A DNA stretch of 64,000 bases from Thermoplasmatota archaeon (lineage in GTDB: Archaea; Thermoplasmatota; JAKEGO01): the NCBI GenBank assembly GCA_028279595.1, contig JANQNK010000001.1, forward strand, positions 1-64,000, read 5' to 3'. Positions within the stretch are counted from its first letter, which is position 1. Each line of letters opens with the position of its first letter. This document shows, piece after piece, positions 47,838-57,643 of the stretch. Under the pieces are notes generated by a model. The model was given only the letters and a program-made list of their open reading frames with translations. It made no database searches and was not told the DNA's origin. Made by a program: the position numbers and the translations under genes.

Positions 47838-48928
47838 GCTCCGTCAAGGGTCTTCTTGAGGACATCGGAGGTCTCCCTCGCCACGTCCATCCAAGTGCGG
47901 CCTTTGACGGCCTGGAGTCCGCGTGCCCCCATCTGCTCCCTCAGGGTCCTGTCTCCCGCAATCTCAGTGAGGGCTTCCCGGAGCTCCTCCTCGGTCGAGA
48001 ATAGGCGCCCGGCCCCCTCGGCGAGTATCTCGGGGATCCCGCCGGTCCTCGAAGCGATCACCGGTTTCCCCGAGGCCATACCCTCGAGGATCACGTTCCC
48101 CAGCGGCTCGTATAGGGTCGGATAGACGATGATGTCAGCAGCCTTGTAGTAGGACGGGACGTCGTCGAAGGGGACGACACCCTTGAAGAGGACGCGTTTA
48201 CCGAGCCCTTCCGCCTCCTCCCTGAGGTCCCTCTCCGACGGTCCGCCGCCTATGACCAGAAGGCTGCCCTTCCTCAGTCCCTTGACGGCCTTGATCAGGG
48301 GCGAGACGTTCTTGTGCGGCGACAGGCGCCCTATGTACGCGATGATCGGCCTTTTGAGCTTGACCTCGGCCGGCTCGGCCCCGTCGAACCGTTCGAAGTC
48401 GACGCCGTTCGGGATGAGACTGATCTTGTTAGGTTCTATCCCGTACTCCTCCGCCCCCTTGGAGATGTACTTGCTTATGGAGATGAGGTGGTCGGCTCTC
48501 GAACACGTCGCCCGGTCCATCCTCACGTACTTCGGGATCGAGAGATTGACGTAGCTCCAGCTCGCCGAGCCGGGAAGGTTCCTGTAGGCCTCCAGTTCCT
48601 GGGCCCAGATGTTGTGGAGCTTCACTACGGTCGGCGGGTGCCTCCCCTTCAGTAGTCCGTGGGCACAGATGCCGTGTCCATGGACAACGTCTATCGTCCC
48701 CATGATCTCGCGGGCCTTCCTGGCAGAGAACTGCGTGTATGGTCTCGGGACCCTGTGCACGGTGACGCCGTCGTCGTCCTCCATCTTGGGCGCGCCCGGA
48801 GCGGTCGCCGAGATGATGCTTATCTCATGGCCGAGTCTCTGTAGTGAGTGCGCAAGCTGGTAGGTGTGTACAGTCGTTCCCCCCGCGTGCCTCGGCGGAT
48901 AGTCCATTGACAGGTGCAGTACCCGCAT
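47834..48928 (-). CDS. Glycosyltransferase family 4
   Basis: YPPRHAGG, IPNGVD, GRLSPHKN, EPLGNVILEGMASG. Confidence 0.92.
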   Translation of the reverse strand: MRVLHLSMDYPPRHAGGTTVHTYQLAHSLQRLGHEISIISATAPGAPKMEDDDGVTVHRVPRPYTQFSARKAREIMGTIDVVHGHGICAHGLLKGRHPPTVVKLHNIWAQELEAYRNLPGSASWSYVNLSIPKYVRMDRATCSRADHLISISKYISKGAEEYGIEPNKISLIPNGVDFERFDGAEPAEVKLKRPIIAYIGRLSPHKNVSPLIKAVKGLRKGSLLVIGGGPSERDLREEAEGLGKRVLFKGVVPFDDVPSYYKAADIIVYPTLYEPLGNVILEGMASGKPVIASRTGGIPEILAEGAGRLFSTEEELREALTEIAGDRTLREQMGARGLQAVKGRTWMDVARETSDVLKKTLDGA

Positions 48929-48971
48929 CGACACGCGATGGCTCTGTTCCCTTAATAACGGTTCGCCGGGT

Positions 48972-50147
48972 TCAGCGCTCAACGACCATGGTGACGGCGT
49001 TGCCGCCTCCGAGGCAGACGGCCTCCATGCCGCGGTGCACGTCCCTGTTGATCATGGCGTAGATCATCGTGACAAGGACCCTTGCTCCGGAAGCACCGAT
49101 CGGGTGTCCGATCGCCACGGCTCCGCCGTGAACGTTGAACCTCTCGTCCTTGATCCCGAACTCCTTCTGGACCGCCACGGAAGCCGAGGCGAAGGCCTCG
49201 TTGTGCTCGATGAGGTCCATGTCCTCAATGGTCAGTCCCGTCAACTCCAGCTGCTTGTTGATGGCCGGAATAGGCGCGCTCATGACGTGCTCCGGTTCCA
49301 TGCCGGATGTGGCGTATCCACGGATGGTCACGAGGGGGGTAAGTCCCATCTCCTCGGCCTTGTCGGCCGACATGACGACCAGGGCGGCCGCACCATCGCT
49401 GATCTGCGATGCGTTGCCTGCGGTGACGACCCCATCCTCCTTGAACGCCGGCCTGAGCTTGGCCAGCTTCTCGATCGTCGTGTCCGCCCTGACGCCCTCG
49501 TCCCTATCCAAAGTGACCATGTCTCGCTTGACCTTGACCTCGACCGGGAGCATCTCGTCCTTAAAGAGTCCCTTCTCGTGGGCCTCCGCAGCCAGCTTGT
49601 GGCTCCGCAGGGCGAACTCGTCGATCTCCTCCCGGTTGAGTCCGAACCTCTCGGCGACTATCTCCCCGGTTATCCCCATATGGAAGTCGTTGTAGATGTC
49701 CCACAATCCGTCGTTCACCATCGAATCGACGATCTTGTCGTTACCTAGCCTGTAACCGCTTCTTGCCTTGTACAGGACGTATGGCGCGAGGTCCATGTTC
49801 TCCATGCCGCCGGCGACGACTGTGTCGTACTCACCGGCCCGTATGGCGTTGGCGGCCATCATGACCGTCTTCAGCCCGGAGCCGCAGACCTTGTTGATCG
49901 TGCAGGCGCCCGCCTCGTACGGGATCCCTGCCCTGATCGCCGCCTGGCGTGCGGGGTTCTGACCCATTCCGGCCTGGACCACCTGGCCCATTAGGACCTC
50001 CTGGACATCGTTCTTCTCGATACCGGCTCGCTTGACCGCTTCCTCGATGACGAGTCCGCCGAGCTCCACGGCAGGCGTGTTGGAAAGTGTTCCAGAGAAT
50101 CTGCCGACGGGCGTGCGAACTCCGCTGACTATGACTACGTCCTTCAA
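48972..50147 (-). CDS. Acetyl-CoA C-acetyltransferase (thiolase)
   Basis: INKVCGSG, NEAFA, GHPIGASG, CLGGG; TTG start 4 nt after GGTGA. Confidence 0.95.
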   Translation of the reverse strand: MKDVVIVSGVRTPVGRFSGTLSNTPAVELGGLVIEEAVKRAGIEKNDVQEVLMGQVVQAGMGQNPARQAAIRAGIPYEAGACTINKVCGSGLKTVMMAANAIRAGEYDTVVAGGMENMDLAPYVLYKARSGYRLGNDKIVDSMVNDGLWDIYNDFHMGITGEIVAERFGLNREEIDEFALRSHKLAAEAHEKGLFKDEMLPVEVKVKRDMVTLDRDEGVRADTTIEKLAKLRPAFKEDGVVTAGNASQISDGAAALVVMSADKAEEMGLTPLVTIRGYATSGMEPEHVMSAPIPAINKQLELTGLTIEDMDLIEHNEAFASASVAVQKEFGIKDERFNVHGGAVAIGHPIGASGARVLVTMIYAMINRDVHRGMEAVCLGGGNAVTMVVER

Positions 50148-50237
50148 AGTATCACCGTTCCTGGGTATGACCATGGGATACATAATCCTTTCACCTGTAG
50201 ATGCCGCACCGTGGTGGGAATCTGACAATGTGGATGA

Positions 50238-50277
50238 TAGCGCTCGATGATGCGCCATGGCATCATCAACGCGCGTC
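50238..50277 (+). repeat. GCGCTC-hairpin-AACGCG family element (copy A)
   Basis: taGCG-CTC-GATGATGC-gccatg-GCATCATC-AA-CGCGCGTC, between pycA and the thiolase. Confidence 0.78.
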
Positions 50278-50304
50278 ACTAGCAACGGATCTGGAGTCGG
50301 GGGA

Positions 50305-51759
50305 TCACTGATTGTTGCCCTGGTTCGCGGCGATGAAAGCGCTTACACCCGCCATCGCAGCAGCGGTCTTGGCTCCCCCGCCCTGCTCCTTCTGTTCCTT
50401 GACGTACTCGACCACCCTGTCGAGGATGCCGTAGCGCGGGATGTAGCTGGTGTCGTAAGTGCCGGACTTGAAGACATCGTCGTTCATGACGACGGTGTGG
50501 AACGGAATGTTGTGCCTGACCCCGGAGATCTGGAACTCCCAGAGGGCGCGCTTCGTCCGCTCGATTGCCCTCGGGCGGTCCTCGGCCCAGACTATGAGCT
50601 TCGCTATCATGGAGTCGTAGAAGGGCGGGATCTCGAAGCCGGCGTAGACGCCACTGTCGATCCTGATGCCCGGGCCACTCGGCTCGGCGTACCTGACGAT
50701 CTTTCCGGGCGCCGGAGCGAACTCGGCGAGCGGGTCCTCGGCGTTTATCCGGCACTCGATGGCGTGTCCACGTGGGACGATGTCCGCCTGCTCGTACTCG
50801 AGGTCCAGACCGGACGCCACCCTGAGCTGTTCCCGGGCGAGGTCGATGCCGGTGATGGCCTCGGTGATCGGGTGCTCCACCTGAAGACGCGTGTTCATCT
50901 CCAGGAAGTAGTACCTGTCGTCCTTGAACATGAACTCGCAGGTCCCTGCATTGTAATACCCGGCGGTCTTCGCGGCGAGGATGGCCTGTTCGCCGATCTC
51001 CTCCCTCAGTTCGGGGGTGAGGGCGCAGCTGGGGGTCTCCTCGACGAGCTTCTGATGCCGCCGCTGTACGGAGCACTCGCGCTCGTAGGCGTGGATGATG
51101 TGACCGCTCTTGTCGCCGATGATCTGGTACTCGATGTGCCTGGGGTCGTCGATGAACTTCTCGATGAACACGGAGTCGTCGCCGAAGCTGTTCAGCGCAA
51201 GACGCCGAATGGATTCGAGGGTCTCCTCCATCTGGGCCTCGTTCTCGACCATCTGGATGCCGATGCCGCCGCCTCCAGCGCTGGCCTTGAGCATTATCGG
51301 GTATCCGATCTCGTGTGCGATGTCCTTGGCCCTCTCGTGGTCGGCGATGGCCTCGGTCACTCCGGGAACGACACTGACCCCTGCCTCGATCATGGACTTC
51401 TTGGACTCGATCTTCGAACCCATCAGTTCCATGGCGCCCACGGGCGGTCCGATGAACTCGATCCCGTTCTTGGCGCACATCCCCGCGAAGGTGAAGTTCT
51501 CCGCCAGGAAGCCGTAACCCGGATGTATACCATCGGCACCGCACTCCAGCGCGGTCTCGATGAGCTTGTCCATTACCAGATAACTGAGCTTGGCAGGCCC
51601 CGGACCGATGTGGTACTTCTCGTCGGCGTATCTGACGAAAAGGGCAGACGCGTCGGCGTCCGAGTAGACGGCAACCGTCGATATGCCCAGTTCCTTGCAG
51701 GCCCTCATAATTCTGACCGCTATCTCGCCCCTGTTCGCGATCAGGACCTTGTTCAGCAT
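50305..51759 (-). CDS. pycA: Biotin carboxylase (pyruvate carboxylase subunit A type)
   Basis: VLIANRGEIA, HPGYGFLAEN, RECSVQRRHQK, EMNTRLQVEH, YDSMIAKLI. Confidence 0.9.
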   Translation of the reverse strand: MLNKVLIANRGEIAVRIMRACKELGISTVAVYSDADASALFVRYADEKYHIGPGPAKLSYLVMDKLIETALECGADGIHPGYGFLAENFTFAGMCAKNGIEFIGPPVGAMELMGSKIESKKSMIEAGVSVVPGVTEAIADHERAKDIAHEIGYPIMLKASAGGGGIGIQMVENEAQMEETLESIRRLALNSFGDDSVFIEKFIDDPRHIEYQIIGDKSGHIIHAYERECSVQRRHQKLVEETPSCALTPELREEIGEQAILAAKTAGYYNAGTCEFMFKDDRYYFLEMNTRLQVEHPITEAITGIDLAREQLRVASGLDLEYEQADIVPRGHAIECRINAEDPLAEFAPAPGKIVRYAEPSGPGIRIDSGVYAGFEIPPFYDSMIAKLIVWAEDRPRAIERTKRALWEFQISGVRHNIPFHTVVMNDDVFKSGTYDTSYIPRYGILDRVVEYVKEQKEQGGGAKTAAAMAGVSAFIAANQGNNQ

Positions 51760-51772
51760 GTTAGATCACATC

Positions 51773-53599
51773 CTACAGTATCTGCATGATGATGTCGCCG
51801 GATGCGACGGTGTCCCCCACTGCGACGAAGATGTCCTTGACCTCTCCATTGTGATCGGCCAGGATATCGCTCTCCATCTTCATTGCCTCGATGACCGCGA
51901 CGGGCTGACCCTCCTCGACCGTGTCGCCGACCGCGACCAGGACCTTGAGGATGGTGCCCTGCATCCCGGTCTCCTGGCCCCCCTCGATGTCTGCGGGGGG
52001 TCCAGCCGATGCAGGAGCGGCGCCTCCCTCGGAAACGGTCATGTATCCGCCCGTAGGTTCGACGCAGACCTCGTAGGGTTCTCCGTCGACCTGGACGTTG
52101 AACTGTGTCGGTATCTGTGCGGGACCGGCGCCGACCCTCTTCTCGGGCGGCTCCTCCTCGATGTATACGTCCTTCAGTTCCGGGAACTGGGCCTTCACCA
52201 TGGCCCTCGTGAACGGGTGGTCCTTGTCAAGCGGCAGCTGGTCAGAGGTGAACTCGGCCTTGTTCTCCCCCTTCAGGAAGTCCAGACCGACCTTCGGATA
52301 GATAGCGTAGGTAAGCACATCCTCCTCCCTCTTGAGGAGGCCCATGCTGTCGAGCTCGTCCCTGCGGATGTCCCAAAGGGGCTCGATGAGGTCCGCCGGG
52401 CGGCACTCGATGACCTTGTCCTTCCAGTCCGAGCCGAGCACGAGCTCCATGATCTCGGGCTTGATCTCGGCCGGAGGCCTGCCGTAGAGACCGCGGCAAT
52501 AGTCCTTGGTCTCCTCGGGGACCTTCTTGTAGCGTCCGAACAGGACGTTCATGACTGCCTGGACACCCACCACCTGGCTCGTCGGTGTGACAAGCGGCGG
52601 ATAGCCGAGCTCCTCCCTGACCCTCGCGGTCTCCTCGAGGACCTCGAAGTACTTGTCCGAGGCACCCTGCGCCTCCAGCTGGGAGACGAGGTTCGAGAGC
52701 ATGCCGCCGGGGATCTGGTGGACCATCACGGACGGGTCGACCTTCATGGCCTCCTGTCTGTGCAGATGCCGGTACTTCTTCCAGACCTCGAGGAAGTACT
52801 TCCTGATCTCCACGAGGTGCTCGAGATCGTAACCAGTGTCCCACTCCGTGCCCTGAAGGGCCGAGACCACTGACTCGGTCGGCATGTGGCCCGTACCCCC
52901 CGATATGGGTGAGATGCACGTGTCCAGTATGTCCACGCCCGCCTCGCAGGCGGCCCAGTAGGCCATTCCGGTCATCCCGCTCGTGGTATGACAGTGGAGG
53001 TCGATGGGAGCCTTCCCGCCAGCCTCCTTGTAACCGTGTATGATGTCGTACGCCCGGGTAGGCGATATCATGCCCGCCATGTCCTTGATGCACACTGTCT
53101 GGCAGCCAAGCTTCTCGAGCTCGAGAAGCTGGCTGACGTAGCGCTCCACCGTATGGACGGGACTGATCGTGTACGAGACGCAACCCTGGGCATGCCCTCC
53201 TTCCTCCAGAACGGCCTCGATGGGGACCTTCATGTTCCGCGGATCGTTCAGGGCATCGAAGACCCTGAACACGTCGCACCCGTTCTTGTGGGCGTAGTGT
53301 ATGAACTTCCTGACCATATCGTCGGGGAAGTTCCAGTATGCCACTATGTTCATCGCCCTTTCAAGCATCTGGAGCGGAGTGTTGGGCAGGTGCTCCTTCA
53401 ATGTCCTGAGCCTGTCCCAAGGGTCCTCGTTCAGATACCTGATCGGTACGTCGAAAGTAGCTCCTCCCCACACCTCAAGGGACCAGAAACCCGCCTCGTC
53501 CATCTTGTCGCAGATGGGGAGCATGTCCTCTGTTCTCATACGGGTAGCCAGAACCGATTGGTGTCCGTCGCGCAATATCTGTTCATGCAGCTGAACCAT
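51773..53599 (-). CDS. pycB: Pyruvate carboxylase subunit B (carboxyltransferase plus biotinyl domain)
   Basis: LRDGHQS, WGGATFD, KDMAG, HCH, PGGMLSN, VTPTSQ, EAMKM. Confidence 0.9.
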   Translation of the reverse strand: MVQLHEQILRDGHQSVLATRMRTEDMLPICDKMDEAGFWSLEVWGGATFDVPIRYLNEDPWDRLRTLKEHLPNTPLQMLERAMNIVAYWNFPDDMVRKFIHYAHKNGCDVFRVFDALNDPRNMKVPIEAVLEEGGHAQGCVSYTISPVHTVERYVSQLLELEKLGCQTVCIKDMAGMISPTRAYDIIHGYKEAGGKAPIDLHCHTTSGMTGMAYWAACEAGVDILDTCISPISGGTGHMPTESVVSALQGTEWDTGYDLEHLVEIRKYFLEVWKKYRHLHRQEAMKVDPSVMVHQIPGGMLSNLVSQLEAQGASDKYFEVLEETARVREELGYPPLVTPTSQVVGVQAVMNVLFGRYKKVPEETKDYCRGLYGRPPAEIKPEIMELVLGSDWKDKVIECRPADLIEPLWDIRRDELDSMGLLKREEDVLTYAIYPKVGLDFLKGENKAEFTSDQLPLDKDHPFTRAMVKAQFPELKDVYIEEEPPEKRVGAGPAQIPTQFNVQVDGEPYEVCVEPTGGYMTVSEGGAAPASAGPPADIEGGQETGMQGTILKVLVAVGDTVEEGQPVAVIEAMKMESDILADHNGEVKDIFVAVGDTVASGDIIMQIL

Positions 53600-53821
53600 G
53601 GTCACATCTCCCGTGCCAGCCGACACCTTCGGCCATTTAACTCGGTCGGGTAGTTAAAGGTTGCGGCCATGTCTGGACAAATAAGATAGACACGCCAGCC
53701 AGGGCGCTCTTTATCACAACGGCACTCCTGGATGGCCGAGAATATGCCAGTATACCCTCGGAATATCAAGCATTGTTCGAATAACCCGAAAATATGGCCA
53801 TTACGACGTTCGTCGACCTTT

Positions 53822-55495
53822 TCAGGATATCGAATCGATGAATATCTCATCGACGCCTAGACCCTTCAGGAACTCGAGCTTCTGGCCCACCCGCATCGTG
53901 TACTTCTCCATGAACACGCTCATGTCCATGGGGATCCTGCCGTACTTGTCGTCGAAGTCCTCGATATCGATGCATCCCTTTACAGGGACCTTGCCGTCAT
54001 AGATGTCGGAATCGGTCCACTCGACGCTGTTCCGTGCCACCTGGAGGAGGATGTCCAATGAGGTTTCCTTGGGGATGTCGTAGCCGAGATAGTTGTCGGT
54101 GTTGAGGACCAACGCCTTCGCTCCGGTCGCCCTCAGTCCTCGGAGGATGCACTGGGCCTCCCAGTCCATGGGGCCGCAGATGAACGGATTGGCACCGGGG
54201 ACCATCTTCAGCCTCCCCATCTGCGAGAATGGAATGTTCTCAGCGCTCGACGGCCTCGTCTGGACGGACATGTAGTAGGCGCTGATCTGGAGCGGGTCCT
54301 CGAGGAGCATCACCGGAGGCATGGTCTCGTTCTTCTGTATGATTATCAGATAATCGGGCCACGGGGCGTTCGGGCTCTCGTCCGCGATGGGAAGCCCCGT
54401 CCGAAGGCTCTCGCACCTGCCGTTGGGCGAGTAGGTGTCGCCGTAGACCAGTTGCCCGTCAGGGGTTATCATGTTGTTCTCGGCGGTGACGACCGTTCCC
54501 GGATAGATGCTTCCCTCCTCCGCGTAGTCGTCCGTCTTATTGTAGAGGTTGTCCTCGAGTCCGATGAGGCCCGTGGACCTGTCCTCCGGTGTGAATATTA
54601 TGGCGAGCGAGTCGTCGTGCCCTATCCTGACGAACTCCCCGGCCTCCGGGTCCAGGCGTTCCGGGTAGGAGTGCATCGACAGCGTGGACTTGCCGGTACC
54701 GCTGAGCCCGATGATGGCGAACGAGGTCGTCGACAGCTTTCCGTCGACGTCCACTATCCGCATCTCCTTGCTGCTGGCGTGGAGCGGCGCCCCGATCCCC
54801 TTGACCTTGAGCATGTGCCATCCAAGACGGAGCATGGCCTTCTTCAGCTCGCCGAAGTACATCGCTCCGCACAGGTATGCGACGTAGTTCTCCCTGTCGA
54901 AGATCATCAGCCCCCTCGGAGGGGCGTTCTCCTTGATCTGCGCGATGTTCCAGGTCTCCGACCAGCTCCGTTCCCAGGCTGGATTGACCCAAGTCGGGTC
55001 CACGACTATCATGATGTCTGGATCCCCTTCGCCTGCCGGGAAGTTGTTCACCACAGCGTCCAGCCCGTGCTTCGCGAACGCCTTCGGTAATAGTATGCCG
55101 ACCTTCGCGCTCCACCCGTTCCCCCGTCCGAGGGATGTCTCGACGTAGAGCATCTCGCGGTCCAGGAACCTCATGTTCCTCTCAAGGGTCAGCCTGGAGT
55201 AGAGGTCCCTCTCCCTCGCCGAGCAATATGACAGGTCGATGAACGCGTCCGGCGACCTTGCGGTGACGAAACCGGTATACGAGACCGGGATCGTGCCGTC
55301 GAAGCCGTATCTCTCGGACACGCCCTCAGGCAGCGGAACCTTCGAGAATGCGACGTTGGCCTGGTCCTTCAAATAACCGTAGAGGTCCGACGGCGCGGGC
55401 CTTTCGGGGTTGGTCTGGCCGAAAAGGGAGACGGCCTTCGACCTCAGGAGCTTCTCCGACAGTCCGGACTCGGCCTCGTTGATCCGTGATCTCAT
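53822..55495 (-). CDS. pckA: Divergent phosphoenolpyruvate carboxykinase (ATP-type)
   Basis: YFGELKK, LHAS, GLSGTGKSTLS kinase-1, IGHDD kinase-2, NGR, NPF, LNT. Confidence 0.75.
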   Translation of the reverse strand: MRSRINEAESGLSEKLLRSKAVSLFGQTNPERPAPSDLYGYLKDQANVAFSKVPLPEGVSERYGFDGTIPVSYTGFVTARSPDAFIDLSYCSARERDLYSRLTLERNMRFLDREMLYVETSLGRGNGWSAKVGILLPKAFAKHGLDAVVNNFPAGEGDPDIMIVVDPTWVNPAWERSWSETWNIAQIKENAPPRGLMIFDRENYVAYLCGAMYFGELKKAMLRLGWHMLKVKGIGAPLHASSKEMRIVDVDGKLSTTSFAIIGLSGTGKSTLSMHSYPERLDPEAGEFVRIGHDDSLAIIFTPEDRSTGLIGLEDNLYNKTDDYAEEGSIYPGTVVTAENNMITPDGQLVYGDTYSPNGRCESLRTGLPIADESPNAPWPDYLIIIQKNETMPPVMLLEDPLQISAYYMSVQTRPSSAENIPFSQMGRLKMVPGANPFICGPMDWEAQCILRGLRATGAKALVLNTDNYLGYDIPKETSLDILLQVARNSVEWTDSDIYDGKVPVKGCIDIEDFDDKYGRIPMDMSVFMEKYTMRVGQKLEFLKGLGVDEIFIDSIS

Positions 55496-55500
55496 CCGTT

Positions 55501-56460
55501 TCAGCCCTTGAGCTTCCGACCCAGGCTGGCGAAGCGGGCCAGGAGGCCCTCCAGCTGGATCCGTTCGGTCCCGCCCTCGATCAGCCTGTAGTCCACCTCC
55601 CCCAGGTGGAACAGCATCTCGATCTTGATGTCGTCGGGGATGTTGAGCTTGAATATCTCGCGGTGCATCTGCCTCAGGATGTCGACCCCGGAGAGGCCGT
55701 TGTCTATGAGCAGCTTGTCCAGGATCCCTCGGGCCGTGGTGAAACTGCCCTTGAGGGACTCGTCCAGTATCTTGGATATCTCCTCGGGCCTAGCCGAGGC
55801 GGTCACCTGGTAGATCGAATCTGCGGTGACCTTGCCGTCGAGCACTGCACCGACCTGGAGGGTGTTCACCGACCGCCTCATGTCACCCTGTGCGACGTAG
55901 AGTATGGCCTGGATGGCCTCGTCCTCGATGTCTATCTTCTCGGCCTTGGAGATCCGGAGCATGTACTCCTTGACCTCGTCGTCGGTCAACGGCCTGAACC
56001 TGAACACCGCGCATCGCGACTGGATCGGGTCGATGATCCGTGAAGAGTAATTACATGAAAGGATGAAACGGCACGACTGGGAGTACTTCTCCATAGTCCT
56101 GCGAAGGGCTGCCTGCGCCGCCTGCGTGAGGGCGTCGGCCTCGTCCAGGAATATGACCTTGAACGACATCCCGATCGGAGCTGTCCTCGCGAAGTCCTTG
56201 ATCCTCGAGCGGACGACGTCGATACCACGCTCGTCACTGGCATTGAGCTCCAGGAAGTTCTGCTTCCATCCGTCTCCGAAGAATCCTTTCGCTAGGGCGA
56301 TGGCGCAGGTGGTCTTCCCGGTGCCTGCCGGTCCTGCGAACAGAAGATGCGGCATGGAGCCAGTGCTGACGTACGAGAGCAGACGCTTCGTGATCTCGGT
56401 CTGGCCGACGACCTCCTCGAGGGTCGCGGGCCTGTACTTCTCGATCCAGACGTCCTCCAA
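55501..56460 (-). CDS. rfcS: Replication factor C small subunit
   Basis: WIEKYRP, GPAGTGKTT, LNASDERG, DEAD, QSRC; no intein. Confidence 0.96.
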   Translation of the reverse strand: MEDVWIEKYRPATLEEVVGQTEITKRLLSYVSTGSMPHLLFAGPAGTGKTTCAIALAKGFFGDGWKQNFLELNASDERGIDVVRSRIKDFARTAPIGMSFKVIFLDEADALTQAAQAALRRTMEKYSQSCRFILSCNYSSRIIDPIQSRCAVFRFRPLTDDEVKEYMLRISKAEKIDIEDEAIQAILYVAQGDMRRSVNTLQVGAVLDGKVTADSIYQVTASARPEEISKILDESLKGSFTTARGILDKLLIDNGLSGVDILRQMHREIFKLNIPDDIKIEMLFHLGEVDYRLIEGGTERIQLEGLLARFASLGRKLKG

Positions 56461-56547
56461 AGGATATCCCCCGTCCGGTCAACGCTCCATGGCATAATAT
56501 TACTTTTGGTCTCATGGGTGAAAGTGACCATGATGACTCCATCCAAC

Positions 56548-56618
56548 TCGCGTTCTCACAACGTTCCCGTCGCATGACCGACGCGCTCGATGACGACCTC
56601 GCGCCGTCATCAACGCGG
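56548..56618 (+). repeat. Tandem pair of GCGCTC-hairpin-AACGCG elements (degenerate B' plus clear B)
   Basis: B 56580-56618: GACGCG-CTC-GATGAC-N11-GTCATC-AA-CGCGG; 56578-56595 is identical to 63378-63395. B' 56548-56585 shares the ACGCG node. Confidence 0.8.
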
Positions 56619-56687
56619 ATTATTAGTTCTGAGGCACGATATTCGCAATACCTGAACCATTAAATACACCCCGCTCTTTTTCTGGCC

Positions 56688-57581
56688 ATGTTCCCTAAGA
56701 TAGACCCTAGTGCGCATGTCGACCCCCACGCGACCATTCTCGGAGACGTCGTCATCGGACCGGGGGTCTCCGTCTGGCCTGGAGCCGCCATCCGGGGGGA
56801 TCTCAACCACATCGAGGTCGGCGAGGGGACGAACGTCCAGGACAACGCCGTCGTCCATGCGACCGCCACACACCCGACGACGATCGGGAAGAACGTCTCG
56901 ATAGGGCACGGCGCCATCGTCCACGCGTGCACTATCGGCGACACGACGATCATCGGAATGAACGCAACCGTGCTTGACGGCTCCGTCATCGGGAGCGGCT
57001 GCATGATCGGCGCGAACGCCCTTATCACCCAGGGGACCGAGATCCCGGACAACAGCCTGGTCCTTGGAGTACCTGGCAAGGTCGTCAAGACCGATCCCTC
57101 GATGCCCGAGAAGACCATAATCAACGCTCAGACCTATCATAAGCTGAGGGACCTACACAAGTCTGGCAACTGCCCGGACTGGCGTGACTTCCATTACACC
57201 ATACTCCCGATCAGGATGCTCAAGGAGCACGAGGAGACGAAGCCGGAAGCGCTTGCGAAGCTCACCGAAGCGGTCAAGGCCGACGGCGAACTCCAAAAAC
57301 CAATTCTCGTCGACCGATGCCACCATGTGGTACTGGACGGACATCACAGGCTGAACGCCCTGAAGAATCTGAACCTCACGTACGCCCCGGTCTACCTCGT
57401 CGATTACAAGGACGAACGGATAGAGTTAGACTTCTGGCCGGAGGCGAAGGTGCGCGGATTCGGAAAGGACGAGGTAATCGCCACGGCGCTCTCGGGTAAG
57501 GTCTATCCGCCGAAGACCACGAGGCACATCATCAAGATCGATGTACCGAATTTCACGACGTCGTTGGATATTCTGAAGTGA
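56688..57581 (+). CDS. Fusion: gamma-carbonic-anhydrase-like hexapeptide domain plus ParB/Srx (SerK-like) domain
   Basis: N-terminal IRGD, NVQDNAVVH, IGHGAIVH; C-terminal LKEHEE, KPILVD, LDGHHR, LVDY, PPKTTRH. Confidence 0.85.
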   Translation: MFPKIDPSAHVDPHATILGDVVIGPGVSVWPGAAIRGDLNHIEVGEGTNVQDNAVVHATATHPTTIGKNVSIGHGAIVHACTIGDTTIIGMNATVLDGSVIGSGCMIGANALITQGTEIPDNSLVLGVPGKVVKTDPSMPEKTIINAQTYHKLRDLHKSGNCPDWRDFHYTILPIRMLKEHEETKPEALAKLTEAVKADGELQKPILVDRCHHVVLDGHHRLNALKNLNLTYAPVYLVDYKDERIELDFWPEAKVRGFGKDEVIATALSGKVYPPKTTRHIIKIDVPNFTTSLDILK

Positions 57582-57643
57582 ATGCACAGATCTTCCCTGG
57601 AAGGGTATAAGTAGCATCAGAGGGAATCGATAGTGGGATCAAT

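Noticed and set aside
17618-53279. Long antisense or alternate-frame ORFs (e.g. 17618..18985, 19322..20905, 31466..33118, 50257..51789, 52242..53279)
   Set aside because: Shadow ORFs of high-GC3 genes; they overlap well-supported CDSs and have no motifs.
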